Shown here: positions 24,596-28,628 of the stretch, one piece after another
Layout: each line of letters opens with the position of its first letter
Numbering within the stretch: the first letter of the stretch is position 1
Notes under the pieces: generated by a model
Databases searched by the model: none
The model's input: only the letters and a program-made list of their open reading frames with translations
What the model was told of the DNA's origin: nothing
Made by a program: the position numbers and the translations under genes
Virus record (IMG/VR): IMGVR_UViG_3300017716_002080
Location: 1 to 28,628 of that record
Direction: 5' to 3' (one strand)
Source of the DNA: a virus
Lineage: Duplodnaviria > Caudoviricetes
DNA length: 28,628 nucleotides

Positions 24596-25397
24596 TCACT
24601 CTTTCTAAAGAAATATTATAATATTCTTCAGATATTTCAGACCCTAAATAAGTTCGATTTGTTTGTATTGCAGCTTTAGCGGTTGTTCCACTACCCATAA
24701 ACGGGTCAAAAATTACATCTCCTTCATTACTCCAGCTAAGGATATGGTCTTTAACTAATTGTATTGGAAAAATTGCCGGATGTTTATATGCAATTTCATC
24801 TTCTTGACCATTCTTTGAAGTTTTATATGTCCAAACATTATATCTTTGACCATATTCCTCAATAATTTTCTTTTTTCTCTCGACCATAGTCCCATCAACT
24901 TGTCTTGATGTGTTCTTACCCCAACTACCAATTTGTCCTCCGTATATATTTTTTCGGTCTTTGATAGAGTTAAATATTTTTGGTTTACCTTTAGATAATA
25001 CAAACATGTATTCAAAAATTTGGTGATACCGATTAGATGAAGGATTAGAAAAATTATTTTTCATATAAATCATTGTATCATGAATGTTGAACCCTATTTC
25101 TTTAAAAAAAAGGGCTTGTCTGAAAGATGTTCCAGTCTCACTACCTTTTTCTGTTCCATCACCAACAACCCATACAACCACACCACCTTTTTTAGTTGTC
25201 CTATATAATTCTTTAGCAATATTTTCAAAATCAAATGAATACCCATTAAATTTAGTTTTTTTTCCCGAAACATAATTATTATATGTCCTTAAATCATCAT
25301 AAGGTGGTGAAGTTATCGTTAAATCAATAGTGTTGTCCTCAATCTTTGAAAAAGTTGTTAAACAATCCTCGTTATATATTTTATTTATTTCCATCAT
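24582..25397 (-). CDS. N4-cytosine/N6-adenine DNA methyltransferase (beta class)
   Basis: DLTITSPPY catalytic motif precedes HPAIFP and the DPFMGSGTT SAM-binding motif. Confidence 0.94.
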   Translation of the reverse strand: MMEINKIYNEDCLTTFSKIEDNTIDLTITSPPYDDLRTYNNYVSGKKTKFNGYSFDFENIAKELYRTTKKGGVVVWVVGDGTEKGSETGTSFRQALFFKEIGFNIHDTMIYMKNNFSNPSSNRYHQIFEYMFVLSKGKPKIFNSIKDRKNIYGGQIGSWGKNTSRQVDGTMVERKKKIIEEYGQRYNVWTYKTSKNGQEDEIAYKHPAIFPIQLVKDHILSWSNEGDVIFDPFMGSGTTAKAAIQTNRTYLGSEISEEYYNISLERVKITD

Positions 25398-25842
25398 ACT
25401 TTTCATAAAATTTTTTAGCAGAAATTGACTTATTTTTTCCTAAAGATAAGTCATTTATTTCCTCTTTTTTTATTTCAATAGTGTCTATAGTCCCACATAA
25501 TAATAATCTTTTATCAATGAGTATAAATCTATCGATTGAATTTAATTTTTCCTGAAATCCTTCGTCGGTTACTTTTCTACCATACCCAACTTCTTTTGAG
25601 GATGCAAAACTAACTTTATCAGTTATTGTTCTAATCTCACTTCTAACTCCATCATTCTCTTTAACATCAAATTTAGAATTTTCATTTTCTCTTATACCTT
25701 TTTCAGAACTCTCGTGTAAAAATTCCCCTAATCTACCTAAAATTCTGCCGTCGTCAAACATTTCAATTGTCTTATCAAGACTCAATCCAAGTCCATTCGA
25801 AACCATTTCCCAATCAATATTATATGTATTAATTTTGTTCAT
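25381..25842 (-). CDS. Hypothetical protein, candidate PD-(D/E)xK-like restriction endonuclease
   Basis: 153 aa with GRLGE...FDV-x7-SEIRT spacing; overlaps the MTase start. The function is tentative. Confidence 0.6.
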   Translation of the reverse strand: MNKINTYNIDWEMVSNGLGLSLDKTIEMFDDGRILGRLGEFLHESSEKGIRENENSKFDVKENDGVRSEIRTITDKVSFASSKEVGYGRKVTDEGFQEKLNSIDRFILIDKRLLLCGTIDTIEIKKEEINDLSLGKNKSISAKKFYEKYDGNK

Positions 25843-25878
25843 AATATAAGCATATTTTTTTTTAATTTAAATAATAAG

Positions 25879-25908
25879 AAAAAAGTCCCACACTATTGTG
25901 AGACTTTT
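25879..25908 (-). terminator. Intrinsic terminator over the stop of the SbcC-like gene
   Basis: On minus: AAAAGTCTCACA-ATAG-TGTGGGACTTTT-TT (one U-G pair). Confidence 0.7.
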
Positions 25909-28271
25909 GAAATGTTATCGATTTTACTAATCTTGACCACATTGTTCGCCCAATTATTAACCAGTGGATTATGTGTAATCACAAAAATCTTCTCAAAATA
26001 TTCTTTCATTTTGGTGAAGAATTCCCCAACCATTTCCAAATTATCATTTGATATCTTCCCGAAAACCTCGTCGAATACCATCAAATTTGGTTTTGGTAAA
26101 GAACATACTTTAGATAAAACCGCTCTCAAAGCCATTGCCGCGATGGTTCTTTCATAACCCGACCCCGAGACCATTAGTTTCTCGATACCTGTTGAGTTAT
26201 CAACCATGATGAATTCGACCTCGTTCTTCTCATTAATACGAATCTCTAAATTGAAGTAACATGAATCTTGAAGTAATCTCTGAAGTTCCGAGTTAATCAA
26301 CGGCATCATGGTTTTCAAAATCATTTTAGAAATTCCATTTTTACCATATACTTCAACATAAATTTTGTAAATCTTCTCTCGTTCAAATTCTTCGGCAATT
26401 TTCAAGATGATACCATTGTTCTTTTCAATACGAGACTGAAGATTTTCAATTTGAGTTTGGTTGGTTGTCAAAATTCTTTCATAACCACGTTTCTCACTAA
26501 TCAATTCATCAATCCTCAACCCGGCCTTAATTAATTGGGAGTCAATCTCATTATTTTTCTTAATCTTGTCTTGGACCTCTTCATATCTTTTAAGTTTGTC
26601 TTTGGCTTGTTCCAACTTCAACTCATTTGATTCTAATGATAGTTCATACTTTTCTTTAACAAGTTTGTTCTTCTCATACTCGTGGAAATCTTTTTTAAGT
26701 TGGGTATAAGATTTCTCTTTTGAGTCAAGGTCTTTCCATTGTTTAGATAATTTGAAGACTTTCGTTTCCCAATCTCCCAACTCATCAATTTTTTTCTTCG
26801 TTAACGCAGCTTCCATCAATTTGATTCCACAATGTTCACATTGAATCCCATCACCATACTTTTTAACCAAAGTTTCAATTTCTTGAACTTTACTTTGAGC
26901 AAGAACTAATTCACCATTTGTTGATTTCATCCCATCTGTAATCTCATCATGTTTGTCCTCATGGTAAAACTCTTTTGGTTCCACAATCTTAACTTCATTG
27001 ATTTGACCTTTGATTCTTTCACTTCCATTTTCAAGGTCAGTAATGTCACTCTGTAATTTAATTGGGTTCAATATAATTAACTCTTGGTCGATGTCAATAT
27101 ACTTTGACTTCAACAAATTGTCTTTGTAATCCTGACCCTTTTGTAATCTCAAATCAACATCCGTGATTTTGGTGTTGGCATCTGTAATCTCGTTCTTAAG
27201 ACGTTGGATTTCTTCAGTTGATGTCTCATTGTCTTGTTTCAATGATTCTGTGTTATACACATTTGACATCATACTTTTTGAAAACTCTGAGTAAATCTCT
27301 TTACCAGTTTCTTCCTTCTTCTTTAAGAATTCAAGACCCAAGAATCTGCCCAACACCTGACCACGAGCGGTTGGTTTAGCTTCCAATAAATCTTCAAGGT
27401 TAGACGCCGTGGTTACGATTGTCATCAAGAAGTCATCCATTGTTCCAATAGATTTCTTCATAAATTCTTCCGTTTCCCTGCGTTGTTCTCCCGTGAAGTT
27501 TTGAAGTTGACCATCGGCAAGTTTCTTGAAAAACTCTAATTCAGTTTTAACATTCCATTCACCCGCTTTGGATTTTTTTCTTTCAATCTGACGAGCAATT
27601 ATATATTCTTCACCATCAATGACGATATCACCTCTAACATTAACCTTATTGATATCTGTAAATCTATTGAAGATTTCTTCTGCCTTTTGTGTTTTTGTTG
27701 TTGTGTTAAAGAATAAGAATAATAATAGGTCGACTGTCAGAACAGTTTTACCTCCAAAATTAGGCGGGTCGGATTCAACAACTGATATACCATTACATTT
27801 TTCAAAATCAATTACCTGACCTTCACCATAAGATAAGAAATTACTGAACTCAATTTTTTTGATATACCATCTTTTGAATGGTGTTACCTCAACCTCATTA
27901 GCCGTCATTCTGTTTTCAACCGCAGAATCAATACCCATAACTTGTTCGTAATACTGGTCTTGACCTTTTGACACCAACAATGACCTAATAAGTTCTTTTT
28001 GGTAATTCTTATCCATGATGTTAATTGAAACATCAATTGTTTGTTGGGTCTCTTCGGTAGACTTAACCTTTGTTATAACATTGATATTGGTTGAATTATA
28101 TTTCTTTTGGAAATATTGTTTAACCGATTTGATTCTTTCTTGAGTAAAATTCTCCGGAGTATCTTCCCAAACTACTTGGATGTAAGGATTCTCCAAAGTT
28201 GTAATGTCTATCTTTGATTCCATTTTTTGATAATTATATTCAGGTTTTGGATTAAATAAATCCCATTTCAT
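25893..28271 (-). CDS. SbcC/Rad50/T4 gp46-like SMC ATPase with N-terminal extension
   Basis: IEFSNFLSYG, Walker A NFGGKT, coiled coils with a CEHC zinc hook, signature SGYE, Walker B MVFDE and H-loop ITH. Confidence 0.92.
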   Translation of the reverse strand: MKWDLFNPKPEYNYQKMESKIDITTLENPYIQVVWEDTPENFTQERIKSVKQYFQKKYNSTNINVITKVKSTEETQQTIDVSINIMDKNYQKELIRSLLVSKGQDQYYEQVMGIDSAVENRMTANEVEVTPFKRWYIKKIEFSNFLSYGEGQVIDFEKCNGISVVESDPPNFGGKTVLTVDLLLFLFFNTTTKTQKAEEIFNRFTDINKVNVRGDIVIDGEEYIIARQIERKKSKAGEWNVKTELEFFKKLADGQLQNFTGEQRRETEEFMKKSIGTMDDFLMTIVTTASNLEDLLEAKPTARGQVLGRFLGLEFLKKKEETGKEIYSEFSKSMMSNVYNTESLKQDNETSTEEIQRLKNEITDANTKITDVDLRLQKGQDYKDNLLKSKYIDIDQELIILNPIKLQSDITDLENGSERIKGQINEVKIVEPKEFYHEDKHDEITDGMKSTNGELVLAQSKVQEIETLVKKYGDGIQCEHCGIKLMEAALTKKKIDELGDWETKVFKLSKQWKDLDSKEKSYTQLKKDFHEYEKNKLVKEKYELSLESNELKLEQAKDKLKRYEEVQDKIKKNNEIDSQLIKAGLRIDELISEKRGYERILTTNQTQIENLQSRIEKNNGIILKIAEEFEREKIYKIYVEVYGKNGISKMILKTMMPLINSELQRLLQDSCYFNLEIRINEKNEVEFIMVDNSTGIEKLMVSGSGYERTIAAMALRAVLSKVCSLPKPNLMVFDEVFGKISNDNLEMVGEFFTKMKEYFEKIFVITHNPLVNNWANNVVKISKIDNISKVSQ

Positions 28272-28444
28272 TATATTGTGGTTTGCGTCTCTCCTGAAAT
28301 TTCTGCTTCTCGTTGTTTCTTCAATTCTTCAAGTTGTTGTTTCATTGTTTCATTAAACATTTTTTGCATTGCGGTTTGTTCCGTTTTAATTCTTTGATTT
28401 CTCGCAGTAACTTTTTTTCTGTGTTCTTTTTTCGCTTTACCCAT
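28271..28444 (-). CDS. Small basic helical protein (57 aa)
   Basis: Start moved to ATG 28444 (MGKAKKEHRKKV); the longer track ORF overlaps another gene. Confidence 0.7.
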   Translation of the reverse strand: MGKAKKEHRKKVTARNQRIKTEQTAMQKMFNETMKQQLEELKKQREAEISGETQTTI

Positions 28445-28457
28445 TTTGTTGTATTTT

Positions 28458-28628
28458 TTAGTGATTATTTGTTGGTCTATTTTGTTCGAACCACTCGATG
28501 ATTGAATTGATTGCCCATACTGACCCTGAAGCCAACATACCATCAAAGAACCATGAAGCAATTTTTGTAACTCCAAGTAATTCGTGTACTGGTGAATATA
28601 AGAAAATTCCAAAGAAAAATCCAATCCA
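28458..28628 (-). CDS. Membrane protein, 3' part only (possibly DUF1360-like)
   Basis: Manual translation from the edge: WIGFFFGIFLYSPVHELLGVTKIASWFFDGMLASGSVWAINSIIEWFEQNRPTNNH*. Confidence 0.7.
   Translation of the reverse strand, partial: WIGFFFGIFLYSPVHELLGVTKIASWFFDGMLASGSVWAINSIIEWFEQNRPTNNH

Noticed and set aside
28445-28624. 5' part of the 117-aa track ORF
   Set aside because: Another frame encodes a convincing membrane protein ending at 28458, so ATG 28444 is the likelier start.
1-28628. Stop-codon reassignment, tRNAs, large ncRNAs, introns/inteins, transposases
   Set aside because: Recognisable genes are intact in the standard code, intergenic gaps are mostly under 100 bp, and no such motifs were seen.
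1-28628. Cellular chromosome or eukaryotic giant virus origin
   Set aside because: The sigma-70 factor, bacterial promoters and lysis-like genes argue against a eukaryotic virus. Isolated host-like genes among many unknowns, plus DUF3310, PcfJ and gp46-like genes, argue for a phage, although no capsid or terminase gene lies in this window.

Overview
This is an AT-rich, gene-dense segment, mostly on the minus strand and in the standard genetic code. It looks like part of a large (jumbo-type) phage infecting Bacteroidota, based on TAnnTTTG promoter elements, no evident Shine-Dalgarno motifs, and Bacteroidota-type sigma, Hc1 and GSII genes. Recognisable genes include a DUF3310 protein, type II glutamine synthetase, glutaredoxin, thioredoxin, a PcfJ-like protein, a D12-class adenine methyltransferase, DnaJ, a histone H1-like protein, a lysis-like membrane/amidase/spanin-like cluster, a sigma-70 factor, an N4/N6 methyltransferase with a small nuclease-like partner, and an SbcC/Rad50-like ATPase. 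The most unusual features are: (i) three large paralogs sharing a C-x(n)-WCT domain, two of them ending in leucine-rich repeats, each with a TATTTAT upstream motif and an (I/L)-x-E leader, suggesting virion-packaged effectors; (ii) an apparently dead, internally deleted SAM synthetase (MetK)-like protein; (iii) a degenerate amidase; and (iv) a hairpin covering a start codon. All family assignments come from motif recognition by eye; no searches were run.
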